Assembly: GCA_041649575.1 (NCBI GenBank)
Contig: JBAZMW010000002.1
Coordinates: 150,001 to 182,000 of the forward strand
DNA from: Patescibacteria group bacterium
GTDB lineage: Bacteria; Patescibacteriota; Patescibacteriia; 2-01-FULL-39-33
Length of the DNA stretch: 32,000 nucleotides
Direction of reading: 5' to 3'
The position numbers and the translations under genes were made by a program. Positions 16,007-23,831 of the stretch are shown here, in pieces; position 1 is the stretch's first letter; each line of letters opens with the position of its first letter. The notes beneath the pieces are model-generated. The model was not told the DNA's origin and did not search any database. It was given only the letters and a program-made list of their open reading frames with translations.

Positions 16007-19000
16007 ATGCCAGAAAAAGGACTATCTTTAAATGCCGAGCAACAAGCCGCGGTTCTTCATGATCAAGGGCCGCTTTTAATCGTGGCTGGCGCCGGCACCG
16101 GCAAAACCACGGTGATTACCGAAAGAATAGCTTATTTGATAAAAAACAAAAATTGCCGGCCGGAGGAAATTTTGGCCCTAACCTTTACCGACAAAGCCGC
16201 CGGTGAAATGGAGGAGAGAGTCGATCGTCTTTTGCCTTACGGTTATGTCGATTTATGGATTCACACCTTTCACGCTTTTGCCGAAAAAGTTTTACACGAC
16301 CACGGCCTGGAAATTGGTCTGCCCAATGATTTTAAGCTGCTCAGTACCACCGAGCAATGGCTTTTGGTTCGTCAAAATTTGGAAAAATTTCCACTGGATT
16401 ATTACCGGCCGCTGGGCAACCCGGTCAAGTTTATCCATGCCTTGTTAAAACATTTTTCGCGCGCCAAGGACGAGAATATTTCTCCCGCAGATTATCTAAA
16501 TTATGTCCAGGAATTAAAGCTTAATGCCGATGGCGCAGAATTTATTAAAACCATCATCGACGAAGAGACCAAAAAACAATTAAGCAAAAAAGAACTTAAA
16601 GAAATTTTGGCCCAGGAAATCGCCAAGCAGACAGAGGTGGCCGAAGCCTATCACAGCTATCAGCAGTTGCTTTTGGCCAACAGCGCGCTGGATTTTGGCG
16701 ATCTAATCAATTACGCCCTGAAACTCTTTACCACCAGAAAGAATATTCTTTTGAAATACCGCAACCAGTTCAAATATATTTTGGTTGATGAATTTCAAGA
16801 CACCAATTACGCTCAATATGAATTATTGAAGCTTTTGGTCGGGCCTCAAAGCAACCTGACGGTGGTCGGCGATGACGACCAGTCGATTTATAAGTTTCGG
16901 GGCGCTTCCATTTCCAATATTTTACAGTTCAAAGACGATTATCCGCAGGCCAAAGAAATTTTTCTCAACCAGAATTACCGCAGTTGTCAGAATATTTTAG
17001 ATTTGGCTTATCGTTTTATCAAGCAGAACGATCCTTATCGTTTGGAAGTCAAGCTGGCTGGCGCCAGACAGCTTTCCAAAAAGCTCTCGGCTCAAAAGGA
17101 CGGCCAAGGGGAAATCATTCATCTCCATGGCCGCCAGTTGGCCGACGAAGTGAAACTGGTGGTGGAAAAAATAATCAAGCTTTATAACAACTCTCAAGCC
17201 GTCTCCTGGTCGGACTTCGCCGTTCTGGTTCGAGCCAATTCCAGCGCCGATGATTTTTGCTACGCTCTGGAAATGGCTGGCGTTCCTTTTAATTTTGTCG
17301 CTTCCAAGGGCCTCTATTCCAAGGCGGTGGTTTTGGATCTTTTGGCATACCTGAAACTATTGGACAATTATCACGAGGGGCCGGCTATGTATCGCTTTTT
17401 GACGTTGCCGGTTTGGCAGATAAGTCAGAGCGATATCGTCAACTTGAATTATTGGGCCAAGAGGAAAGGCCAGTCGCTTTATGAGACTCTCAAGCAGTCG
17501 GCGGCTCTAAACAATTTTACCCCAGATTTCCAGAGGCAGATTGGTCAGCTTTTGGCGGTGCTGGAGAAGCACGCCCAGCTGGTCAGAGAAAACAAAAAAA
17601 CCACCGAAATTGTCCAAGCTTTTCTGGGCGACACCGGATATCTGAAGCAGCTTTCGGCCACGGATTCTCTGGCCAGTCGCGAACAGCTCGGCTATCTCAA
17701 TCAGTTCTATAAAAAAATCCAAAATTTTGAACAGACTAGCGCCCACAACTCGGTTAAAGATTTTTTGTCTCTGGTGGAGCTGGAGCTGGAAGCTGGCGAA
17801 GAGGGGAGTTTGGAGGTCAACCTGGAGGAAGAAGGCCCCGATACCGTGAAAATCATGACCATTCATGCCGCCAAAGGCTTGGAATTCAAATATGTTTTTA
17901 TCTCTAATTTGGTTGACAAGCGTCTGCCGACAATCGAGAGAAAAGACCCGATAGAATTGCCGGACAAGCTGGTCAAAGAAATTATTCCCGAGGGCGATAT
18001 TCATTTACAGGAAGAGAGACGGCTGATGTATGTGGCCATGACTCGCGCCAAAGACGGTCTGTACCTGACTTCGGCCGCTGATTATGGCGGCGTCAGAAAA
18101 AAGAAACTCTCTCGTTTTCTGACGGAGCTTGCCGATTTGGGTTTGCCGCTGGCGGCCGAAATCAAAGCCGAGAGAGTCGGCGATTTGTCGGCCCGCCGAC
18201 CTGCTCTAAGCGATAAGACCAGAGAAAAGGCCCCCGGCTTTTTACCCAGTAAATTCTCTTTTACCCAACTCAAGGCTTTTGAGAGCTGCCCTTATCAATA
18301 TCGCTTCGCCCATGTCTTGAAGATCCCAGTCAAAGGCAAGGCCCAATTTTCTTTTGGCAAAAGCATGCACGGAACTTTGCAGAAATTTTTTCTGTTGCTT
18401 AAGACCAAGCAAAACAAACGCCAGGGTGATTTGTTCGGCGCTAAAGATGGCAGTTCTGTCGAGGCCAGCGAAGCCGAGCTCTTAAAGATTTATCAAGAGA
18501 CTTTTATCGACGATTGGTATGCCAGCAGAAAGGAGCGTGACGAATATTTTGCCAAAGGCCAGAGGGCGCTTAAAGGATTTTTTGCCCTGCACCAGCTCAA
18601 CTGGCCAAGGGTGGCGGCGCTGGAACAGTCTTTTAATTTTAAGATTGCCGACGGCGGCGTTTATACTCTTTACGGTTTTATGGATCGTCTCGACGAGGTC
18701 GAGGGCGGCCTAAGAATCGTCGATTATAAAACCGGCCAGGCCAAAACCAAACTCTCCCCGGAAGACAAGGAACAGCTTTTGATTTATCAGCTGGCGGCCG
18801 AAAAGGTGCTGGCCGAAAAAGTCAAAGAGTTGGTTTTCTATTATCTCGATGAAAACAAAGCGGTTTCTTTTTTGGGCGACGATAAAGAGCTGGCCGCTCT
18901 AAGGAAAAAAATCATGGCCATCATAGATGAGATCAAAAAAGGGGAATTCCCGCCCAAGCCGGGAGAAATCTGCAAGTATTGTGATTTTAATGGTATTTGC

Positions 19001-19018
19001 GAATATCGTTATAAATAA
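16007..19018 (+). CDS. UvrD/PcrA-type SF1 helicase fused to a C-terminal Cas4/AddB-like PD-(D/E)XK nuclease with a Cys4 cluster
   Basis: Helicase motifs AGAGTGKT, VDEFQDTN, VGDDDQSIY.FRGA, NYRS and MTIHAAKGLEF. The C-terminus has SCPYQY, FMDRLD, IVDYKTG, QLLIYQLA and CKYC-x5-C. Confidence 0.9.
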   Translation: MPEKGLSLNAEQQAAVLHDQGPLLIVAGAGTGKTTVITERIAYLIKNKNCRPEEILALTFTDKAAGEMEERVDRLLPYGYVDLWIHTFHAFAEKVLHDHGLEIGLPNDFKLLSTTEQWLLVRQNLEKFPLDYYRPLGNPVKFIHALLKHFSRAKDENISPADYLNYVQELKLNADGAEFIKTIIDEETKKQLSKKELKEILAQEIAKQTEVAEAYHSYQQLLLANSALDFGDLINYALKLFTTRKNILLKYRNQFKYILVDEFQDTNYAQYELLKLLVGPQSNLTVVGDDDQSIYKFRGASISNILQFKDDYPQAKEIFLNQNYRSCQNILDLAYRFIKQNDPYRLEVKLAGARQLSKKLSAQKDGQGEIIHLHGRQLADEVKLVVEKIIKLYNNSQAVSWSDFAVLVRANSSADDFCYALEMAGVPFNFVASKGLYSKAVVLDLLAYLKLLDNYHEGPAMYRFLTLPVWQISQSDIVNLNYWAKRKGQSLYETLKQSAALNNFTPDFQRQIGQLLAVLEKHAQLVRENKKTTEIVQAFLGDTGYLKQLSATDSLASREQLGYLNQFYKKIQNFEQTSAHNSVKDFLSLVELELEAGEEGSLEVNLEEEGPDTVKIMTIHAAKGLEFKYVFISNLVDKRLPTIERKDPIELPDKLVKEIIPEGDIHLQEERRLMYVAMTRAKDGLYLTSAADYGGVRKKKLSRFLTELADLGLPLAAEIKAERVGDLSARRPALSDKTREKAPGFLPSKFSFTQLKAFESCPYQYRFAHVLKIPVKGKAQFSFGKSMHGTLQKFFLLLKTKQNKRQGDLFGAKDGSSVEASEAELLKIYQETFIDDWYASRKERDEYFAKGQRALKGFFALHQLNWPRVAALEQSFNFKIADGGVYTLYGFMDRLDEVEGGLRIVDYKTGQAKTKLSPEDKEQLLIYQLAAEKVLAEKVKELVFYYLDENKAVSFLGDDKELAALRKKIMAIIDEIKKGEFPPKPGEICKYCDFNGICEYRYK

Positions 19019-19206
19019 CGAGTGTTTTTAGATAATTTTTTTGAATAATATTAAAACTTTTGTTATTGTGGATAATTTTTGGTATTTTCATTTGACATAC
19101 AATAAAAAAAATTTTATATTTTAAAATTATAATGATTATTATAATTTTATTTTGTTTAAATTTAGCTAAATTATTGGTATTTTAAAAAAATTACTATTGA
19201 CAAATA

Positions 19207-19235
19207 TTTATCTATATGATATAATTATAATTGTA
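19207..19235 (+). promoter_or_regulatory. Sigma70-type promoter for island C
   Basis: TTGACA (19207-19212), 17-nt spacer, TATAAT (19230-19235), inside a ~240-bp very AT-rich tract. Confidence 0.5.
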
Positions 19236-19259
19236 AAAAGATAAATAAGATATTTTTCG

Positions 19260-19790
19260 AATCTCCTTGCTCATGGCGTTACGCCAGTTATCTGGATGTA
19301 TCGCCATTGACAAGGGTCTTTGAAAGGCGTTAGAACTATAATTTAGAGGAGGATGGCGCTTTATACGCTGCCAGTCCTGGCTTCAAGATAACTTCTTGAG
19401 GCGAGGCGGCCGGCTAAGCGCCCTGGGAAATCAGGTCACAAAATATAATTTTGCGGGCCGTACGATTCTCCCGCCAATCACCCTCTAATAATTGTTCTAA
19501 AAAATCAGGCGGGGATCTTGTCCCTGCCGCGATGCGAAGGAAGCCAGTGCCCGTAAATCTGCGCCTGTTTGGCGCAGATCAGGGCAGTCAGAAAAAGTTC
19601 GGCAAGTAGCAAAACAAACATCTTTACCGTGGCCGGCAACTTTTTCTCAAGTTTTATTCGTATCGTGGCAGAGGTAAGCGGCCACTGCCCTCTCCTTGGT
19701 GGCAAGCCGGTTTGGTTTGTATGACCGACCGGCTTGCCTCTCTACTTTAGTCAACAAGATTTGTTGACTGGGGCAGGGAAGTCAACGAGG
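19260..19790 (+). other. GC-rich, hairpin-dense non-coding stretch (long 5' leader or independent ncRNA) upstream of the 62-aa zinc-ribbon ORF
   Basis: There is no credible ORF above 25 aa on the + strand. Perfect or near-perfect hairpins lie at 19508-19528, 19557-19579, 19701-19738 and 19749-19769. A 12-codon uORF (19353-19391) has the SD AGAGGAGG. Confidence 0.4.
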
Positions 19791-19800
19791 AGGGCGAGTC

Positions 19801-19989
19801 ATGATTGTACAATGTTGTAAGTGCCTTCGCGTACGCGAAGGTACACAAGGTAGTGAGTGGAGCCAGGAGCCCGGAGAACGTTTGACTGAAACAGACGTCT
19901 CCCATGGGTACTGCCCCGCTTGCACCGAGAAGGCGTTGGCAGAAGTACGCCAACACCATGGACAGAAGGAGGATACGCGGACCGAATAG
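19801..19989 (+). CDS. Small zinc-ribbon protein (62 aa; CxxC ... SHGxCPxC)
   Basis: SD GAGGAGGG 6 nt upstream of the ATG. Sequence QCCKC...W...SHGYCPAC. A terminator overlaps the stop codon. Confidence 0.6.
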   Translation: MIVQCCKCLRVREGTQGSEWSQEPGERLTETDVSHGYCPACTEKALAEVRQHHGQKEDTRTE

Positions 19990-20007
19990 GACCGCGTTTT
20001 AATTTTC
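19976..20007 (+). terminator. Intrinsic terminator ending island C
   Basis: CGCGGACC / GGACCGCG stem with one internal mismatch, loop GAATA, then TTTTAATTTT. Confidence 0.6.
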
Positions 20008-20086
20008 TCAAAAATTATCAATAAATTTTTAAAGCACTCTTGACAACATCTTGTTTTTGATTTTTTTTCTGTGTTATAATTTTTTT

Positions 20087-20212
20087 GCAGGGAAGGATTA
20101 TCACTCGTCATATTACCAGTTACACTTTAAACTCTCTCCCCTTAGTGTGGCCTGGCAATATCCAGAGTGCCTTCTCTAAATCCCGCCTTTACGGCGGGAT
20201 TTATATTTTTTA
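20087..20212 (+). ncRNA. Candidate small RNA (or attenuating leader): ~90-nt extended hairpin plus terminator
   Basis: Extended -10 TGTTATAAT (20072-20080). Nested pairings are 20089-96/20170-77, 20102-06/20165-69 and ACACT/AGTGT. The 17-nt apical loop is TTAAACTCTCTCCCCTT (20127-20143). The terminator is AAATCCCGCC/GGCGGGATTT (20178-20202) plus a T-run. Confidence 0.4.
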
Positions 20213-20262
20213 TTTTGTTAGTGTTTTATTTTGTGTTATAATAAGCCCATAAAAGGAGCGTT

Positions 20263-20643
20263 ATGACCATTAAGCAATTGCTTTATACCATTATTTTTGC
20301 CACTTTGGTTTGCTGGCTGGTGTGGTTTTTTGTTTTGTTTCAGATAGACCCGACCAGTAGCGGCCTCTTTGGTTTTTTTCTGTTTTATGCCAGTTTGTTT
20401 TTTGGACTAGCAGGCGCTTTTTTTCTGCTTAGCTTTGCCTGGCGCAAGGTTTTCGGCAAGCTGAATTTGGAATATAAGATTGTCGGCACTTCTTTCCGCC
20501 AATCGATTTTTTTGGCGCTACTGATAGTCGGCTTGCTGTTTTTACAAAGCAAGAATTTTTTGAGCTGGTGGAATGTTATTTTACTGGTGGTGGTGGTTAG
20601 TATTTTGGAGTATTTTTTCTTGACTACCAAGAAGACAATTTAG
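20263..20643 (+). CDS. Small integral membrane protein (126 aa, ~4 TM)
   Basis: SD AAAGGAG 5 nt upstream of the ATG. Four hydrophobic segments. No family recognised. Confidence 0.75.
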   Translation: MTIKQLLYTIIFATLVCWLVWFFVLFQIDPTSSGLFGFFLFYASLFFGLAGAFFLLSFAWRKVFGKLNLEYKIVGTSFRQSIFLALLIVGLLFLQSKNFLSWWNVILLVVVVSILEYFFLTTKKTI

Positions 20644-20646
20644 GCT

Positions 20647-20913
20647 GTTGTCACCTTTCTTTTTTTAGAAAATTATTTTTAATGCCGCTTCTTTTCTAAA
20701 AAGAAGCGGCAGAAGAAAATCGCAGCTATTGTAAAATCCAGACAAAATTAGGTGAGTTTTCGCTAAGGCCATTAACTCCCCGCTCAGGCGCTAGCGCGCT
20801 GAGCGGGTCAAACATAATGGCCTTTGGCCTGCGGCCACCGCTCAAACTCCCAGCCAATTTTGTTCCTGGATTTTCCAGCGCTGCCTTTTTTGATCTGCTT
20901 TTCATAGGCTCGC
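20647..20913 (+). repeat. Structured intergenic repeat, copy E2
   Basis: Starts GTTGTCACCTTTCTTTTTTTAG, 3 nt after a stop codon. Hairpin GCCGCTTCTTTT/AAAAGAAGCGGC (20684-20710). Nested long hairpin with arms 20733-52/20854-74, AAGGCCATTA/TAATGGCCTT and CCCGCTCAG/CTGAGCGGG. Ends TTTTCATAGGCTCGC (20899-20913). Confidence 0.65.
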
Positions 20914-20940
20914 CGTAATGATTTAAATAGGACAATAACG

Positions 20941-20970
20941 TTGACTAAAGCAGCGCAAAAAGGTTATAAT
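20941..20970 (+). promoter_or_regulatory. Sigma70-type promoter for pheS
   Basis: TTGACT (20941-20946), 18-nt spacer, TATAAT (20965-20970). The pheS ATG lies only 9 nt downstream. Confidence 0.55.
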
Positions 20971-20979
20971 ATTTTTATT

Positions 20980-22029
20980 ATGAAAGAAAAGCTCAAGCAG
21001 TTAAAAATCGAATTTTTTGAGGCGATCAAGAAAATAAAAACCGCCTCTGATTTGGAAAATTTAGAAAATAAATTTTTGAGCCGTAAAAACGGCTTGCTCA
21101 CCAATCTAATGAAAGGCCTGAAAGAGGTGGCGCGTGAAGAGGTGGCGGAGATCGGCCAATTAGCTAATGAGGTAAAAATCCAAATCACCGATGAATTAGA
21201 GGGCCTCAAAAGCAAGCTTTCCGACCAGAGAGTCGGTGATTTTGATTTTTCTCTGCCGGGCGAGATGCCGCCCATTGGTCATTTGCATTTGGTCACCGAG
21301 GCCATTCGCGAAATCGCTTCGATTTTTGAGGGTGTCGGCTTCCAGCGGGTCAGCTATCCGGAGGTAGAGTGGGATTATTATGCTTTTGAGGCCCTAAACA
21401 TGCCCTCTGATCATCCAGCCCGCGATGAGTGGGAAACGTTTTTTATCGACCGTGAAGCTGTCAGCAAAAAGTATGGTAAGAGGATTTTGACGCCCCATAC
21501 CTCTAACGCCCAGGTGCGGGAAATGGAAAAAGGCAGGTTGCCAATCCGCATGATGAATATCTCCAAAACCTATCGCCGGCAGATAGACATTTCTCATACC
21601 CCCATGTTTCATCAGTTCGAAGGCTTGGTGATTGATAAGGATATCAATATCACTCATCTCAAAGGCACGATCGATTACTTTGTTAAGAAATTTTTTGGAG
21701 CCGACAGGACAATTCGCCTAAGGCCGCATCATTTTCAATTCACCGAGCCGAGTTTTGAAGTGGATATTTCTTGCGGCTTGTGCCACGGTACCGGCAAGTT
21801 GGTGGATGGCTCGGCGTGTCGTATGTGCAAAGAGGGTTGGCTGGAGCTGGCTGGCGCTGGCATGGTGCATCCCAATGTCTTGAAATTTGGCGGTATCGAC
21901 TCGGGCAAATACAGCGGTTTTGCTTTTGGCTGGGGCGTGGAGCGGTGTTATACCATGAAAGCAGGATTAAACATCGATGATATTCGACTGTTGTATAAGA
22001 ATGATTTGCGGTTCAATACGCAGTTTTAA
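20980..22029 (+). CDS. pheS: Phenylalanine--tRNA ligase alpha subunit
   Basis: The track start (TTG 20941) coincides with the promoter -35, so ATG 20980 (MKEKLKQLK...) is preferred. Class II motifs are present: HP.RD..DTFF-like DHPARDEWETFF, FRPHHFQFTEPS and GWGVER. Confidence 0.92.
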   Translation: MKEKLKQLKIEFFEAIKKIKTASDLENLENKFLSRKNGLLTNLMKGLKEVAREEVAEIGQLANEVKIQITDELEGLKSKLSDQRVGDFDFSLPGEMPPIGHLHLVTEAIREIASIFEGVGFQRVSYPEVEWDYYAFEALNMPSDHPARDEWETFFIDREAVSKKYGKRILTPHTSNAQVREMEKGRLPIRMMNISKTYRRQIDISHTPMFHQFEGLVIDKDINITHLKGTIDYFVKKFFGADRTIRLRPHHFQFTEPSFEVDISCGLCHGTGKLVDGSACRMCKEGWLELAGAGMVHPNVLKFGGIDSGKYSGFAFGWGVERCYTMKAGLNIDDIRLLYKNDLRFNTQF

Positions 22030-22055
22030 TAAATTTATAAATAAGGCTGGTTTTC

Positions 22056-23135
22056 ATGAATTATATTAAACAACCAATTGGCTACATTAAAGCAGAGGGT
22101 TCTGGTCCTGATATAGTGGGTTCGGCTATTCGTATTTTAAAAGAAGTCGAAAAAAAGATGGATGTAAGATTTAAACTAATAGAGTATAAAGGCCAAGCGC
22201 CAGCACTGAAATATACCACTAAATCATTTACTGAACTAAAAAATTTTTATAAAAGAATTCGAGAAAGAAAGGGATGTATTATTCGTGGAGGAATTTACGC
22301 TAGACAGGTTTATAGATTGCGACACGATTTTAGGCTGACATATAAACCAATCTTAATCAACCCCATACCGGAATTGTTTGAAAATTCTCCTTTTAAGGCA
22401 GCCTTTGCCAAAAAAATAAACTTATTAATAGCCAGAGAAAACGCGCAAGGGCTATTGGTTTCCAAAGAGATATTAAAGAAAACAAAAACTAACGAGATAT
22501 TTGAGGGAAAATTTTTTTACGACAAAAATCTTTGCCGAAAGTTTATAGAAATGTGCTATCAGGCCGCTAGTAAAAGGAAGAAAAAAATCATGTTTTTAAT
22601 TAAGGGTGATGTTTGGAGTCGTCAGAGTTTTGGTGGTATGTGGTTTAGTTTATGGAAGGAGGTTGGAAAAAAATATCCAGAAGTGGAATTTGATTGGGAA
22701 CACGACGACACTTGGCTTGGCTATTTTATGAATCATCCAGAAAAATATGATATGGTAGTAGCTTTGGGCATTAGTGGCGATTTAATTACCGATCCGATTG
22801 CCACTTTAGCTTATGGCACCAGAGCAATTACTCCTAGCGCTAACATTGCTCCAGACGGTTTTATGACTGTTCAAACCATTCATGGCGCCGGAACCGGTAT
22901 ACCAAAAGGTAAGGCCAATCCCATCGCCATGATTAGAGGCATTGGTCTATTGATGGAATATTTTTTTGAAATGCCAGAGATGAAAAATCTTATCGATCTA
23001 TCTATAAGAAAGGTACTGGCCAGAGGATATAGAACAATAGATATTTATCTTAGTAATAATCCCAAACACAAATTGATCGGCTGTAAAGAAATGACCAGCT
23101 TAATAGTAGAAGAGATGCAAAAACTAACCAGTTAA
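22056..23135 (+). CDS. Divergent isocitrate/isopropylmalate dehydrogenase-superfamily protein
   Basis: ARENAQGL (compare RENTEG), GDLITDPIATLAYGTRAITPSANI (compare GDILSD...G.APSANI) and HGAGTGIPKGKANPIAMIRG (compare HGSAPDIAGKG.ANP.A). Lower GC than its neighbours. Confidence 0.7.
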   Translation: MNYIKQPIGYIKAEGSGPDIVGSAIRILKEVEKKMDVRFKLIEYKGQAPALKYTTKSFTELKNFYKRIRERKGCIIRGGIYARQVYRLRHDFRLTYKPILINPIPELFENSPFKAAFAKKINLLIARENAQGLLVSKEILKKTKTNEIFEGKFFYDKNLCRKFIEMCYQAASKRKKKIMFLIKGDVWSRQSFGGMWFSLWKEVGKKYPEVEFDWEHDDTWLGYFMNHPEKYDMVVALGISGDLITDPIATLAYGTRAITPSANIAPDGFMTVQTIHGAGTGIPKGKANPIAMIRGIGLLMEYFFEMPEMKNLIDLSIRKVLARGYRTIDIYLSNNPKHKLIGCKEMTSLIVEEMQKLTS

Positions 23136-23328
23136 GTTGTCACTTTTCTTTTTTTAGTAAAAAGAAAAGCTGACGCAAAAGAAAAAAGCGCGATCTAATG
23201 AAAATTTGGCGCTTTAAGTCAAAATCCTAACAAAATTTTTAAACTCGCTTCGCCTACGGCTCGCTCAAACAGTAAAAATTTAGTAACGGATTTTGCCTTA
23301 CGCTTATTCCAAATTTTCATAGGCTCGC
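23136..23328 (+). repeat. Structured intergenic repeat, copy E3
   Basis: Starts GTTGTCACTTTTCTTTTTTTAG directly after the stop codon. Hairpin GTCACTTTTCTTTTT/AAAAAGAAAAGCTGAC. Long hairpin with arms GCGCGATCTAATGAAAATTTGG / CCAAATTTTCATAGGCTCGC. Ends with the same 15-mer as E2 (23314-23328). Confidence 0.7.
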
Positions 23329-23339
23329 ATTGTAAAAAA

Positions 23340-23831
23340 ATGAGAAGAATTAATAAAAATACATTGAAATGGATAATAGGAACGATAATCGTACCTATTA
23401 TTATAGCTGTAATAATGGTTAGTAATCAAGTACAGCAAAGCATAACTAATAGTGACAATTCTATTATGGCTGGTATAAATATTGCTAAAACCACTGGTGA
23501 CAATAGTCCAGCCGTGGTTGGTGATAATAATAATTTTGAATACCATGTTAGTACTACAAGCACGCCTCAAAGACATGTTGATCAAAAGGTTATCGATTAT
23601 TTAAATAGAGAAATACCCAAAGATGATCAAATAAAAATATTTATTGGGGCTGTTGCTCTTGATTCGGAAGCGTATATTTTTGCACAAGAAATATTTCATT
23701 ATTTAACTGGTAAGTATAAAAATGTATATGGCATTGAATCTTTGGTGAATGATAATATGTCCCCAGGAATTCATATACACAAAAAGTTACAAGAAAAAAA
23801 TATTTATATTGATATTCAAACTCATGAATAA
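23340..23831 (+). CDS. Hypothetical membrane-anchored protein (163 aa), very AT-rich
   Basis: N-terminal TM segment WIIGTIIVPIIIAVIMV. No recognisable motif and no obvious SD. Confidence 0.55.
   Translation: MRRINKNTLKWIIGTIIVPIIIAVIMVSNQVQQSITNSDNSIMAGINIAKTTGDNSPAVVGDNNNFEYHVSTTSTPQRHVDQKVIDYLNREIPKDDQIKIFIGAVALDSEAYIFAQEIFHYLTGKYKNVYGIESLVNDNMSPGIHIHKKLQEKNIYIDIQTHE

Noticed and set aside
19020-19206. Very AT-rich ~190-240 bp tract with a perfect DnaA box (TGTGGATAA at 19067-19075) and a nearby GATAATTTTT repeat. It was considered as a replication origin.
   Set aside because: There is only one consensus box. By my estimate of about 0.2 expected chance hits per 32 kb on both strands, this is not significant. 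No dnaA/dnaN is adjacent and no box cluster is present. The tract is more simply promoter-upstream or UP-element DNA for island C.
19505-19705. Minus-strand 66-aa ORF inside the island C leader. It contains a hydrophobic 38-aa segment (MFVLLLAELFLTALICAKQ...) reminiscent of a type I toxin.
   Set aside because: The track start is TTG, the internal ATG has no SD, and there is no minus-strand promoter. The idea is attractive but unsupported by the sequence.
19260-19790. Tested the GC-rich non-coding stretch by eye, on both strands, against RNase P RNA, tmRNA and SRP RNA signatures.
   Set aside because: None of the signatures is present: GGAAAGUCCGGGC / ACAGAACCCGGCUUA (RNase P), a tRNA-like 3' end with tag ORF (tmRNA), or GGUCCGGAAGGAAGCAGC (SRP).
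20941-20979. Track start codon TTG at 20941 for pheS (13 extra residues, MTKAAQKGYNIFI).
   Set aside because: The TTG is the first base of the TTGACT -35 hexamer, and the extension covers the TATAAT box. ATG 20980 gives a normal PheS N-terminus.
10506-23328. Considered whether the E1-E3 repeats could be a degenerate CRISPR array or tRNA-derived elements.
   Set aside because: The copies are kilobases apart, there is no short regular repeat-spacer periodicity, no cas genes are present, and no tRNA-like T-arm or acceptor features are seen.
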